A DNA stretch of 64,000 nt, taken from a virus (taxonomy: Duplodnaviria > Heunggongvirae > Uroviricota > Caudoviricetes). Location of the stretch: IMG/VR virus record IMGVR_UViG_3300021387_000463, positions 348,754 to 412,753 of that record; one strand, given 5' to 3'. Positions 46,614 to 56,758 of the stretch are shown one piece after another. Every line of letters starts with the position of its first letter. Within the stretch, counting starts at the first letter, position 1. The position numbers and the translations under genes were made by a program. The notes beneath the pieces are model-generated. The model did not search any database. It was not told where the DNA came from and was given only the letters and a program-made list of their open reading frames with translations.

Positions 46614-48034
46614 TATTGCACATAGTCATTCATAACGAAGAAGTCATCAATGACACCCATCTTCAATGCAGCACGATATGCTGTCTGATTCCCTTTGAAG
46701 AACTCAGTCTTGGTATCATACTTCAATGCCTCTTCCTCGATGTGCTTGTATGTCCAGTATCCTTTTTTGTGCTGTTTTTGTCTAACTAGCCAGTCCATTT
46801 TTTCATTGAAACCGTATCTATATGACATTAAAAATGCTGTTAAATTTTTTTCCTTGAACTCTTCTTTATTAGAATATTTTTTTGCTTCGTGCATAATATT
46901 TTTTTCATTTTTCCAGTATCCTTTGGGATGTTTTCCATTATCATTATTTAACCATATCATTTCATCAAGCCATTTGTTTTTTCTAGCTGACTCATATGCT
47001 CTTTGTGATAAAAATTTAAACTCACCTCTAGTTTTATATTTCTTTGATTCATTTATAACATTTTCTTTGTTTTGCCAATAGCCTCTTGGCTTTCTTTCTT
47101 TTGGCTTTTCGAACCAGTCCATTTCACCGAACCATTTATTTTTCCTAGCTGATTCATATGCCCCTACATTGTTTTTTTGAAACTCACCCCTAGTTTTATA
47201 TTTTCTAGCTTCGTTTATAACATTTTCTTTGTTTTGCCAATGACCATTTGGCACATTCTTTTTTTTATTCAGCCAAGTTAATTCATTTATGTAGCCATGA
47301 TTTATTGCAGCACGATATGCCCCACAAGACTTATTTCTAAATTCACCCCTAGTTTTATATTTTTTTGCTTCATTAATTATGTTATTTTTATCATTCCAAT
47401 ACTTATTTGGCACATTTTGTATTTTTGGTAACCAAGTCATCTTATCAATCCAGTTGTTTGTAATTGATAAATGATATGCTTGCGGTGCATTTTTTTGGAA
47501 TTCGCTTCTTGTTTTATATTTTTTACCTTCTTCAAAACATTTTTCTTTACTCCACTTCTTGCACATGTGGCCAAGACTACCACAATGTTGCTTGTTAATT
47601 ATTGTAAAGCCTTTATTTCTATAATATTTCTCCCAATAATCTTCTCTTTCAGCACCTTGTAATACAGTCAACCCTTCTTCCAATACTTCGATTTTAGGGA
47701 TTTCCGTATTAAATTCTTTGGCAAATTTATAAACAGTATCTTTTTCTCTTGTTCTATGTTGATGGTCTCTTAATTCTAGATATATTGTTCTACCAACATA
47801 CACAGCATTCTCATTTTCAAAATAATATCTGTATACAGTATCAACTGGGTCTTTACATACATTTTTTTTAGTCAACCAAGTCATCTCATCTAACCAACCG
47901 TTTTTAAGAGACCTTTTATATGCTCCGCAAGAACCTTTACAAAACTCTGCCCTTGATGAATATTTCTTTGATTCATTAATGGCATTTTCTTTTATTAACC
48001 AGTAATTTTTAGGCTTATAATTTTTTTTAGACAT
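46613..48034 (-). CDS. Free-standing GIY-YIG homing-endonuclease-like protein with seven ~53-aa repeats
   Basis: 'TVYRYYF...VYVGRT...RDHQH...REDYW...INK' nuclease core; repeats W..ENVINEAKKYKTRGEF....GAY..A....W. Confidence 0.8.
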   Translation of the reverse strand: MSKKNYKPKNYWLIKENAINESKKYSSRAEFCKGSCGAYKRSLKNGWLDEMTWLTKKNVCKDPVDTVYRYYFENENAVYVGRTIYLELRDHQHRTREKDTVYKFAKEFNTEIPKIEVLEEGLTVLQGAEREDYWEKYYRNKGFTIINKQHCGSLGHMCKKWSKEKCFEEGKKYKTRSEFQKNAPQAYHLSITNNWIDKMTWLPKIQNVPNKYWNDKNNIINEAKKYKTRGEFRNKSCGAYRAAINHGYINELTWLNKKKNVPNGHWQNKENVINEARKYKTRGEFQKNNVGAYESARKNKWFGEMDWFEKPKERKPRGYWQNKENVINESKKYKTRGEFKFLSQRAYESARKNKWLDEMIWLNNDNGKHPKGYWKNEKNIMHEAKKYSNKEEFKEKNLTAFLMSYRYGFNEKMDWLVRQKQHKKGYWTYKHIEEEALKYDTKTEFFKGNQTAYRAALKMGVIDDFFVMNDYVQ

Positions 48035-48193
48035 GTTATTGTTTTTTTTTTTACTTATTTTTCTAGTAAGAATATAAAAAATTGTTGTGTTTATAAACTT
48101 TTATACATATAAATAGTATTAAAAAACAAAATATAATCAAGTCTTTTTTATATTTATTTTTAAGAAAATAACAAAATAATATTTTGATAAATA

Positions 48194-50521
48194 ATGAATG
48201 GACTTTATTACTACAAATTAGTGTCTGAATACCCAGAAGACGTAACGAAGAACTGCAAGCTAACAATCACAGAGATTGACAGTAACTTTAAAACTCTTAA
48301 GGACAATGACATTAAAACGGCTGAATTTGTAAGAGGTGAAGACTGCGATAAGTCAGATGGTACACTTGTTCTTACAAGGAACAATGGTGACAAGATTATC
48401 GTTCCTCTTGATGTTAGCCTTTGCAAGAATCTAGCATATGATTTAGATGTTAGTGTTGCTGATTGTGAGAAGAGTGGAGCAACTCTTACAATATCCTACA
48501 AGGATAATGCGAGGGATGATGAAGGTAATCCAATCGTTCACACTGTAAAACTTGAGAACGTCATTACAAAGGACAACCTTAGAGACGTACTTGGAAGTGA
48601 TATTCTCACAAAAGTTATTACAGATGCTTCATTGAAGGGACTTGGCACTATGCGTTCTCCACTTGGTATTGCAGGTGTTGAGAAAACAGGTATGTTGGCT
48701 CCAGCTATCAAGTTGTTGGATTTGACCGAGGGTGACAAGTTACCAGAGGTTGCTAAATCTAGAACTAGATTCGTTACAAGAGAGTATGTTAATGACTATG
48801 GTTATCTTTACAGTGGCATTATTAGAGACAGAAATGGTAATCCTATTGGTGGAGGAGTATATAAGATTCAAGAGATTCTTGACGAACAGTATGAGAGAGA
48901 CGAGATTTACAAGGAAGTAGAAAGTAGAGAATACTACTGGCACGTTCCTTCAAAGGCTGATTGGGATGCATTGCTTGACTCAATCGAACCTTGTGACTAT
49001 CGTAACCACAAGTCAGCACAGTGTCACATTGAGCTTGGTAAACTTGCTGGTAAGTACCTTAAATCAGAGTGTGGATGGATAAATTCAGAATATGAATGCA
49101 CATGTACAGGAAAGAGACCTTACACTAGCTGTAGTACTAATAACACATCAGTTAGCGAAGACATTGATTCAGATGATTACATCTTCGATAATACTGATAC
49201 AATACCAAATGATAAGGAAATTAACCCAGTTGGTGTTGACAAATATGGAATGACAATTCTTCCAAGTGGTACTGCTGGTTTCAAGAAAAATACTGAAAAA
49301 CCATATTACAATGGATTCAAAGAGACAACAGCATTTTGGACAACAACTGTTATTGCTCAAGGACAAGACACATATGTTAAGGTGTTCAATGATAATATGA
49401 GTGGTGTATACCAAGTTGCTGATTGTCCAGACCCATATTATTCAGTAAGACTTGTAAAAAAGTATGATGGTAACAACTATCGTGAGACTGAATATATTGA
49501 TGGTGTTCTTTACAGATGCATCTTGTTCCCAGAAAGTGGCCAGATTTGGCTTGCTTCTAACTTCGCAGATAAGAACAGATTCTTGACACTTGATAACTAC
49601 AAGACTGCTGGAGCAAAAGCACCAGAGGTATTAGACCCTAATGGTGGTTATCTTCCAAATGAGAAGAGAATTGAAATGTTCATCAACGAGTACAATGGAC
49701 GTTACTGGGAGAAGAAGGTAATGGATGAGGGTGTTACAATCGTAATACAGAATCCTTGCTTTGATTCAAGAAGTGGAGATACAGTTGAATTCTGTTGGAT
49801 TGACGGTGATGGATATGAGCGTTGTATCGAGGTTGAGATTCCAAAGGTTGCTCAGAGCAATATTGAGTACAGAGTATATTTGACTGAGGATGGATGTGAC
49901 AAGGTTTTGAAAAACACTGATGACCTTGTTGTTGAGAGAGTTCTTAGTATATTAGTACCAATGATTGATGAGGAACGTTGGGAGCGTGAAAAGTCTGACG
50001 TTGTTCTTAGTGGAATGATTGAAGACCTTCGTGATGACCTTGATGAAGAGATTTCAGATAGAACTGCTGCTGACGAGGTTCTTTCAGGTGCAATCGACAC
50101 TCTTCGTGAAGACCTTGATAATGAAATCGAAAGAGCAATCAGTGCTGAAACCGAACTTTGGGAAGCAATCGCAGAAGAGGCTTCGGCTAGAACTGCTGCC
50201 GATGAGGAACTTTGGGAGGCACTTTCTGCTGAGACTGAGGCTAGAATCGCTGAAGACAAGAGACTTGACCAGAGGATTGATGATGAGATTGAGAGAGCAA
50301 CCGCAAGAGAAGATGAAATCGAACAAGAATTATTTGATGAGATTGAGAGAGCAACCGCAAGAGAAGATGAAATTGATGGCCAGTTAATCGACTGGGAGCA
50401 GAACCCATTCACAATGAGTGCTGCAACCGAGGGGGACTATAATATGGTTCTTCCTTCAAAGGATGGAATTGAAGAGCACTCTATAAAGATTAAGTTCGAT
50501 GGAAACTTTGGTGAGATTTAA
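48194..50521 (+). CDS. Fibre/adhesin-like protein with a Fibrobacter-succinogenes-major-paralogous (FISUMP, C-lectin-like) domain and C-terminal coiled coil
   Basis: 'LTITEIDSNF' N-terminus; YGYLY, WHVPSKADW, AGKYLKS..GW, GMTILPSG, FWTTT and YSVRLVK motifs; E..RA..AE..L repeats. Confidence 0.75.
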   Translation: MNGLYYYKLVSEYPEDVTKNCKLTITEIDSNFKTLKDNDIKTAEFVRGEDCDKSDGTLVLTRNNGDKIIVPLDVSLCKNLAYDLDVSVADCEKSGATLTISYKDNARDDEGNPIVHTVKLENVITKDNLRDVLGSDILTKVITDASLKGLGTMRSPLGIAGVEKTGMLAPAIKLLDLTEGDKLPEVAKSRTRFVTREYVNDYGYLYSGIIRDRNGNPIGGGVYKIQEILDEQYERDEIYKEVESREYYWHVPSKADWDALLDSIEPCDYRNHKSAQCHIELGKLAGKYLKSECGWINSEYECTCTGKRPYTSCSTNNTSVSEDIDSDDYIFDNTDTIPNDKEINPVGVDKYGMTILPSGTAGFKKNTEKPYYNGFKETTAFWTTTVIAQGQDTYVKVFNDNMSGVYQVADCPDPYYSVRLVKKYDGNNYRETEYIDGVLYRCILFPESGQIWLASNFADKNRFLTLDNYKTAGAKAPEVLDPNGGYLPNEKRIEMFINEYNGRYWEKKVMDEGVTIVIQNPCFDSRSGDTVEFCWIDGDGYERCIEVEIPKVAQSNIEYRVYLTEDGCDKVLKNTDDLVVERVLSILVPMIDEERWEREKSDVVLSGMIEDLRDDLDEEISDRTAADEVLSGAIDTLREDLDNEIERAISAETELWEAIAEEASARTAADEELWEALSAETEARIAEDKRLDQRIDDEIERATAREDEIEQELFDEIERATAREDEIDGQLIDWEQNPFTMSAATEGDYNMVLPSKDGIEEHSIKIKFDGNFGEI
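50281..50373 (+). repeat. 39-bp exact direct repeat with a 54-bp period (DEIERATAREDEI x2)
   Basis: Copies at 50281-50319 and 50335-50373. Confidence 0.9.
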
Positions 50522-50523
50522 TA

Positions 50524-53500
50524 ATGTTGAAACAATATAAATTGACAATGGATACAATTAACAGATTACAATTTAGACATCACGAAGAGATATTCGAGAC
50601 AAGAGAGGATGCTCTTAAGTATATTTGTAAGACTTTGCCAAGAGAAGGTGGTGAAGGATTGGCTGAACCAGGCTCTCCTTACACACGTTCACTCTTTGCA
50701 GAGCCAACCATTCTCAGATATAAAAACACTGAGGAAGAGGGTACTTGTAATGATGGATGCAGCAAAGGTCCACACATCATCATTGTTATCGGTTCTCAGA
50801 CCAACGATGACGATAGAAAGCCAGAGGAGAATAAGTATTGTATCATAGATATCGACAAGACAGAGGATGAGATTAAGAATCTTGAGGAAGAGCTTGAGAA
50901 GGCTATCAAGAGCCTTACAATAATTGCACTTAATTCTGACACTCTTAACCTCTACGCTGAGAAGACAGAGGATGGTACACTTGTAAGTGGTGACGTTAAG
51001 ACTGCTGAGACACACGTATTTGACGGTCTTGTTAAGGAGAACAACTTAATGATTGTTCCTACAGATGACCTAGCAGGTCCAGCAGGACTTTTCATCTATG
51101 TTGACCTTACATATGATGAGGCTACAGAGACCTTTACATTTATCGTTACAAATGCTGACGGTACTCTTAAGAAGCAAGCAGTTAAACTTCCTAGCAACTA
51201 CCTTGTAAGTGGTGAGTATAAGAAGGAAGACGAATCTATCCATCTTCACATGAAGAATGGTGATGATATACTTATTAATTGTGAACAACTTATTGATGAG
51301 TGGAAAGTTGAGGGTGAGGCTTCAACTACTCCTATTGTCCTCAATAGGACAAACGTTGGTCCAGATGATGAGCAGCACACAGAGCATCACCACACAGAGC
51401 CTTGGCAAGATATTCTTCGTGCTGATGTTAGAGTTGCTGATTTTATCAACACTAACATTCTTGAGAAGACTACTGATGGTAGATACCTTTATGTTGATGG
51501 TAAGGCAACAAACATTGTTTACTACTACAATGGTGAGAAGAGTAATGTAAGTGAGCAGCTTGACAAACTTAACAAAATCAAGATTTCTGCCGATAATGAC
51601 AATATTATCTGGAATAGAACTGATGGTTTCTTTGCAAGTGCAAAACTTGATTACATTTCAAACAAGAATAAACTTGTCTTCACTACTTCAACTGTAAGTG
51701 GTGGTACTATCACTAAGGAGATTCAGCTTAACTCAGTTGAGTTGTTCCAGAATGTCTATTATGACAGAAATACTGAGGAACTTGTTATTACCTATAAAGA
51801 CAATGAAGGTAATTTGAAGGTTATCAGAATCCCTATTAGTGATATGTTTGATGAGTGGGATGTGTTAAATGATGCACATAGTGTTAAACTTGTCAAATCT
51901 CCACACCACGTTTCTGGTAAGGATATTCTTACTGCTGACGTTAATATTTCTTCTATGGAAAATAACATCCTTGAGGAAATTGGCGAGGGTAACGTTCACG
52001 CACTATTTGTTAAAGGTACTTCTGACAACATAAAGTATAATGATACCACAGTTGAGAGTGCTCTTGATGACCTTGCAGCAGAGGATGCAGCAATCAACGA
52101 GAAGATTGACCAAGAAATTTCACGTTCAACAGAAGAGGACGAGAAGATTGAGAATACAATCGGCTCTGGTTTCTCTACAGACGCTCATGAGACAGTTACC
52201 TACAAGTTCAACCAGTTGCAAGAGGAGGTTAACTCAGAGGCTGAGAAGCTTCAGAATGAGATTGACCGTTCAACTGCAAAGGACGATGAACACGATGCTA
52301 AGCTTGCTGAGCAGCAAGCTGAAATCGAGGCAATCAGTGCGGATTCAGCCAACAACATTAAGGATATTATCAACAACGACCATTCAATTGACGTTGATAA
52401 GACAGACCAAGTTAGACCTGTGATAAGCGTCAACTTGAGCGACCATGAGCCTTATAATATAATCAGACTTGAGGGTGATGGACTCTACAGTTTCATTGAT
52501 TTGGGTTATGATTCAGATACAAACAAATTGATATTCACAAGGTCAGACAAGGATTCAAGAGAGAACAAGACCAAGGAGATACAGCTCAACAGTGTACCAT
52601 TCGACATCAGATATGACAAAGACCGTGAGGTTCTTATTATTACTTATCACACAAGCGAAGGTGACAAGACTGTGGAGATTGACCTTCATGACTTAATACA
52701 TGATGAATGGACGGTTCAAGACACTGAAACAGTTACATTAAATAAGAGTGTTGTAGTAAGCGGTGGACCAGATGTATTAACTGCAAAAGTTAAGATATGC
52801 CACCACGAAGACAACGCAATAGAAGAACACAATGACGGTATCTATGTACACAGTTATAGCGGTGAAATAGCCGACTTGGGTTCTAAGATTGATACGGTAA
52901 GCGGTGACGTTATCACAGAGAAGGCTCGTGCTGAAGCAGCAGATGACGAACTTGATAGAAAGATTAATGCTGAAGCATCAGCAAGAAGTGAGGCTGATGA
53001 TGACATATATATTAAAATAAGAGAGTTCAGTGGTGATACTTCTCTTGAACTTCGTAGTATTAGGGGGGATGTTTCAAGGATAAGTGGTGACGTGTCTAGT
53101 TTAGAAAGTGACCTTGATGACGAAATCGAAAGAGCTAAAAATGCTGAGAGTGGGTTGACAGAAGCAATACGGAAAGCCAAAATCAAGTTTAGTCCTTCTA
53201 AAGATGGATTGGTATCAGATGGTACAATAGAATTTAATAATTATGAAGCCAACAATAACATTGTTGAAGCTAAAGTAATGCTTCAAGATGGTACTAACAT
53301 CATTAAAGTAGGTAATGGACTTTATGCAACAGTTGATTTGGGCTATAGTGCTGCAACGAATACATTGGAATTAATAACTTCTAGTGGTTCAAAAACAATT
53401 CCATTAGCTGGAGTTACTTTTATAGATAGATGCTATTATGATTCAGTTAATAAAAACATCGTTATTGTTTATAAGGATGGACAAGGAATAGAACATACAA

Positions 53501-54351
53501 CAACCATTGGTGTAACAGACTTGTTCAATGAGTGGGATGTTAATAATGCAACATCAGTTGGGGCAATACACCTAGTAAAAGAAACTGCTACGTCTGGTGG
53601 TACAGATAAATTAAGTGCATATGTCCTTCTTGACGATGAAATTATTGACCCTAATACTGGTATACCAACTGGTATAATGCAAGAAGGTACACCAAATGCT
53701 ATTAGAAAAATAGGAAATGGTCTATTTGTCAAAGATAACACCGAAAATATAGAATGTATAAGCGGTAGAACTGATGCTATATATAAGGCAGCATTTGGCG
53801 AACTAGTTCCTAGTGGATGTGGAGAAGCGATTGAATATATCCCAGACACGTTATCTTGTGTTATAAGTGGGGCAACTTCATTGTATGATGCAGATAGGCT
53901 GATGGCACATCAGATTTGTGAAATCCTTGAGATGTGGGTGAGCGGTATGACGTGTACGTCTGTTTCAAATTGGGTAGATGACGGTGCTAATAAGAAAATG
54001 CTTGTTGATGTTAGACCTTCTCATGGTAATCTCATGAATGGTATGACAGATGATGATTTGTATATTACAGACTTAACTGGAGATACAATCGAGCACGGTG
54101 TGACTGAATTTACAGATACAAATGCACTTAGAATAGTTTGCCTAGAAGAAGGCGGTGGTGTTATACCAGACATATCAAGTCCTCAGAATGGCATATATTT
54201 GAGTAATGTTTGGGATTGTGGTAAGTATTATCAAGAGTCTACAGAGGCTGATGAAATGGAAGAAGTATCTGGTGACGGATATAATGTAAATTATTTCACT
54301 GATGAAGATACTAGTGCAAGGAACTTTAATTACATGAACAATGTAAGATAA
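50524..54351 (+). CDS. Long repetitive fibre-like virion protein
   Basis: Four repeats of 'DLxYD...L.F...KEIQL...YYD...LVITY...DLFDEWDV' alternating with coiled coils. Confidence 0.7.
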   Translation: MLKQYKLTMDTINRLQFRHHEEIFETREDALKYICKTLPREGGEGLAEPGSPYTRSLFAEPTILRYKNTEEEGTCNDGCSKGPHIIIVIGSQTNDDDRKPEENKYCIIDIDKTEDEIKNLEEELEKAIKSLTIIALNSDTLNLYAEKTEDGTLVSGDVKTAETHVFDGLVKENNLMIVPTDDLAGPAGLFIYVDLTYDEATETFTFIVTNADGTLKKQAVKLPSNYLVSGEYKKEDESIHLHMKNGDDILINCEQLIDEWKVEGEASTTPIVLNRTNVGPDDEQHTEHHHTEPWQDILRADVRVADFINTNILEKTTDGRYLYVDGKATNIVYYYNGEKSNVSEQLDKLNKIKISADNDNIIWNRTDGFFASAKLDYISNKNKLVFTTSTVSGGTITKEIQLNSVELFQNVYYDRNTEELVITYKDNEGNLKVIRIPISDMFDEWDVLNDAHSVKLVKSPHHVSGKDILTADVNISSMENNILEEIGEGNVHALFVKGTSDNIKYNDTTVESALDDLAAEDAAINEKIDQEISRSTEEDEKIENTIGSGFSTDAHETVTYKFNQLQEEVNSEAEKLQNEIDRSTAKDDEHDAKLAEQQAEIEAISADSANNIKDIINNDHSIDVDKTDQVRPVISVNLSDHEPYNIIRLEGDGLYSFIDLGYDSDTNKLIFTRSDKDSRENKTKEIQLNSVPFDIRYDKDREVLIITYHTSEGDKTVEIDLHDLIHDEWTVQDTETVTLNKSVVVSGGPDVLTAKVKICHHEDNAIEEHNDGIYVHSYSGEIADLGSKIDTVSGDVITEKARAEAADDELDRKINAEASARSEADDDIYIKIREFSGDTSLELRSIRGDVSRISGDVSSLESDLDDEIERAKNAESGLTEAIRKAKIKFSPSKDGLVSDGTIEFNNYEANNNIVEAKVMLQDGTNIIKVGNGLYATVDLGYSAATNTLELITSSGSKTIPLAGVTFIDRCYYDSVNKNIVIVYKDGQGIEHTTTIGVTDLFNEWDVNNATSVGAIHLVKETATSGGTDKLSAYVLLDDEIIDPNTGIPTGIMQEGTPNAIRKIGNGLFVKDNTENIECISGRTDAIYKAAFGELVPSGCGEAIEYIPDTLSCVISGATSLYDADRLMAHQICEILEMWVSGMTCTSVSNWVDDGANKKMLVDVRPSHGNLMNGMTDDDLYITDLTGDTIEHGVTEFTDTNALRIVCLEEGGGVIPDISSPQNGIYLSNVWDCGKYYQESTEADEMEEVSGDGYNVNYFTDEDTSARNFNYMNNVR

Positions 54352-54376
54352 AGTGATACATTATACTAAAATAAAT

Positions 54377-54413
54377 AAAAAGAGGACTAGAGTAAATCTA
54401 GTCTTCTTTTTTT
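54377..54413 (+). terminator. Rho-independent terminator
   Basis: AAGAGGACTAGA/TCTAGTCTTCTT followed by a T run. Confidence 0.8.
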
Positions 54414-54425
54414 ATTGTTATGTAA

Positions 54426-54433
54426 TATTTATA
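54426..54433 (+). promoter_or_regulatory. Putative late promoter TATTTATA
   Basis: Upstream of 54453 and the endolysin gene. Confidence 0.65.
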
Positions 54434-54452
54434 TAGAAAATAAACGTTTATT

Positions 54453-54836
54453 ATGAGTAAGGATAAAGACATTAAGAATATTGTAGAAGAGTTGAAAGCA
54501 TTAAAGGCACAACTCTCAGAAGACTATTTATTTAATGGTGACGATGGAGTTATGGAAGACCCTAACGCAATGGGACAGCAAATGCCACCTCAAGACCCAA
54601 CAATGATGCAGCAGCAGCCACAGCAGATGATGGGTAACGGTGACTCTGAGGAAGAGATTGCAATGCATGCTCAAGAGGTCATCCAACATGAGCCAATCAT
54701 CGGTAAGATTAGAGAAACAGCTATTGAGGGTTTGAAGAAGTATGCAGACCACCCAACTAGCTCATTATATGAGTTCTTCAAGAAGGTATTCTTGGAGAGC
54801 GATAAGGTATTGACAGATACTGGAAATAAGAAATAA
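54453..54836 (+). CDS. Hypothetical late protein with a DPNAMG/Gln-rich segment
   Basis: 127 aa. Confidence 0.75.
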   Translation: MSKDKDIKNIVEELKALKAQLSEDYLFNGDDGVMEDPNAMGQQMPPQDPTMMQQQPQQMMGNGDSEEEIAMHAQEVIQHEPIIGKIRETAIEGLKKYADHPTSSLYEFFKKVFLESDKVLTDTGNKK

Positions 54837-54845
54837 TATATAGTT

Positions 54846-55346
54846 ATGGCAGTTTATACGAAATTAACACCTATTGTCCTTAAGTGGGAAGGAGGTTATG
54901 CTGGAAATATTGATGGTATGATTTGTACCATGAAGGGCGTTACATTGGCTACCTATAGAAAGTTCTTCGGAAAGGATAAGACTTGCAAGGATTTGAAGGA
55001 AATTACAAATGCTGAGTGGGACTTGATTTTCAAGGAAGGGTTTTGGGATAGATGGAAAGCCGATGACATTGAAAGTCAAGCAATTGCAAACTTGCTTGTA
55101 GATTGGTGCTGGGCTAGTGGTGTCTATGGCATTAAACTACCACAAAGGGTTCTTGGAGTTAAGGATGATGGAATTGTAGGTAGGAAGACTTTAGCAGCAA
55201 TAAACGATTATCCAGACAAGAAAGAGCTTTTCCAAAAGTTGTGGAATAGAAGGAAAAAGCATTTCCAAGATATCGCAAAGAATGGTAAAGAGAAGTTCTT
55301 AAAGGGATGGTTAAACAGACTAAATGATTTTAAATACTTTGAATAA
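54846..55346 (+). CDS. Endolysin, glycoside hydrolase family 108
   Basis: WEGGY, TMKGVT, DGIVGRKT, KFLKGWLNR. Confidence 0.92.
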   Translation: MAVYTKLTPIVLKWEGGYAGNIDGMICTMKGVTLATYRKFFGKDKTCKDLKEITNAEWDLIFKEGFWDRWKADDIESQAIANLLVDWCWASGVYGIKLPQRVLGVKDDGIVGRKTLAAINDYPDKKELFQKLWNRRKKHFQDIAKNGKEKFLKGWLNRLNDFKYFE

Positions 55347-55347
55347 T

Positions 55348-55497
55348 ATGGGTAAATATAGTGAAGAAGATGTAACATGGTCATCTATAGAGAAATATAT
55401 TGATTATAGTAATGTTGTTTGGTCATTCTCCAAAAATGGTATACCGAAGTATGCATTTATGGATGAAAATGGAAATAGAATTAAAATTGAATTTTAA
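55348..55497 (+). CDS. Small ORF, 49 aa (MGKYSEEDVTWSSIEKY...)
   Basis: Translated by hand; directly after the endolysin gene. Confidence 0.45.
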   Translation: MGKYSEEDVTWSSIEKYIDYSNVVWSFSKNGIPKYAFMDENGNRIKIEF

Positions 55498-55509
55498 ATC
55501 TTAATAATA

Positions 55510-55566
55510 GTTAATAATTGGGGTGATATTTTGTCATCCCAATTTTTTTTCGTATCTTTACAGCAA
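55510..55566 (+). promoter_or_regulatory. Composite stem-loop plus Bacteroidota-type promoter
   Basis: Hairpin 55516-55544 overlapping the -33 TTTG; -7 box TATCTTTA. Confidence 0.65.
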
Positions 55567-55578
55567 TTAATAAAAGAT

Positions 55579-55794
55579 ATGAGCAAAATAACATTTGACA
55601 AGCCGTTTGGAGTAGTGTTTGAGGGTGTTCTCACTAATCGCACTGTCTTAGTCTCTGAGATACGTGTTCTCAAGAGTGGCAAACCTTCTGCTGTGTATAA
55701 TAAGGAGGGTGAGAGATTTAATTTTGAGTTCCTTGATTTTGAGTCAAAGGAGAGAGTTGAGAAAATAGTAGAAAGAAATAAGAAGTATCTATGA
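55579..55794 (+). CDS. Hypothetical early protein
   Basis: ATG at 55579 after the promoter. Confidence 0.65.
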   Translation: MSKITFDKPFGVVFEGVLTNRTVLVSEIRVLKSGKPSAVYNKEGERFNFEFLDFESKERVEKIVERNKKYL

Positions 55795-56396
55795 TTTACG
55801 ATGATTTTGTTAAATGGCTAGATGGTTTGGATTTATCCACAGTAGATGCCAATCCTATTACCTTCAATCTAACAGATTTCGAGAGTAATAAGGACTTTGC
55901 TAATTCAATGACATTGGCTGGAAGACATCTTGTGGATGAAGAGGACATTGTTGTCCGTTACTCAAAGCCATACACTGAGGACAAGAGCGACATTATCGTG
56001 CGCTTTCAGATTCTCAGAAGCAAGGCCAAGATGTTCTTTAACTACCTTAAGGGTAATGATACCAAGATTTCTTGTGTGCTTTGTTCCAACAAGGAGATTA
56101 AGGAGGCAATCAAGTTCTTCAACTCGCTTGGCGTTAAGGGTGAGGATATGACAAGTCTTTCCTCGAAGGAAATGGACTATACCGCAATGCTTAAGGAAGC
56201 TCTTGATGACTATAATAAGAACAAAGGAGAGGATGGCACATGTTCCCTCATCATTTCAATCTCGATTGAGCATGATGATAACACTGATATTGACTACCCA
56301 ATGTTGTCTTATGATTTCATTGAGGGTAATAGCTTCAGCAACTTTGATGCCACAAAGGTATGGGTTAAGAGTGAAATTTTAAAGATTAAGGAATAA
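55791..56396 (+). CDS. Hypothetical protein
   Basis: 201 aa, translationally coupled. Confidence 0.75.
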   Translation: MIYDDFVKWLDGLDLSTVDANPITFNLTDFESNKDFANSMTLAGRHLVDEEDIVVRYSKPYTEDKSDIIVRFQILRSKAKMFFNYLKGNDTKISCVLCSNKEIKEAIKFFNSLGVKGEDMTSLSSKEMDYTAMLKEALDDYNKNKGEDGTCSLIISISIEHDDNTDIDYPMLSYDFIEGNSFSNFDATKVWVKSEILKIKE

Positions 56397-56758
56397 TGAA
56401 AAGTATGTTGTTGGATATTTGTTTTGCATGGTTGATAATGGTAGTGATAAACTATGTGTATCTCTACATAGCAACTAAGTTTGGAATTTTCAAAGAGTTC
56501 ACAAAGGAACTAATGACTGACCAAGACCACTGGTATAGTGAACCAAAAACTGTTCCATTCTGGTGGTTCTTCATGCCTCCACATTGTATGATGTTTTCGC
56601 TTGCGATAGTTGTATTTTTACTGTATAGGTTGATTCTTAAACCATTATATAGTATCACTATCTACCCCATATGCAAACTAGTGGTTTGGTTTTGTAATTT
56701 CCTTTTTAGTCCAATAAAAAGGAATATCTTCTACTCTGAACTAGAAAATTCTCATTGA
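56396..56758 (+). CDS. Small membrane protein
   Basis: Two to three hydrophobic segments. Confidence 0.7.
   Translation: MKSMLLDICFAWLIMVVINYVYLYIATKFGIFKEFTKELMTDQDHWYSEPKTVPFWWFFMPPHCMMFSLAIVVFLLYRLILKPLYSITIYPICKLVVWFCNFLFSPIKRNIFYSELENSH

Noticed and set aside
46613-48034. Group I intron or intein hosting the GIY-YIG gene
   Set aside because: The flanking genes are complete and oppositely oriented, with no split gene or intron core visible. The endonuclease gene is free-standing.
48194-50521. Diversity-generating retroelement targeting the FISUMP domain
   Set aside because: No reverse transcriptase and no adenine-mismatched template repeat were seen in this window.
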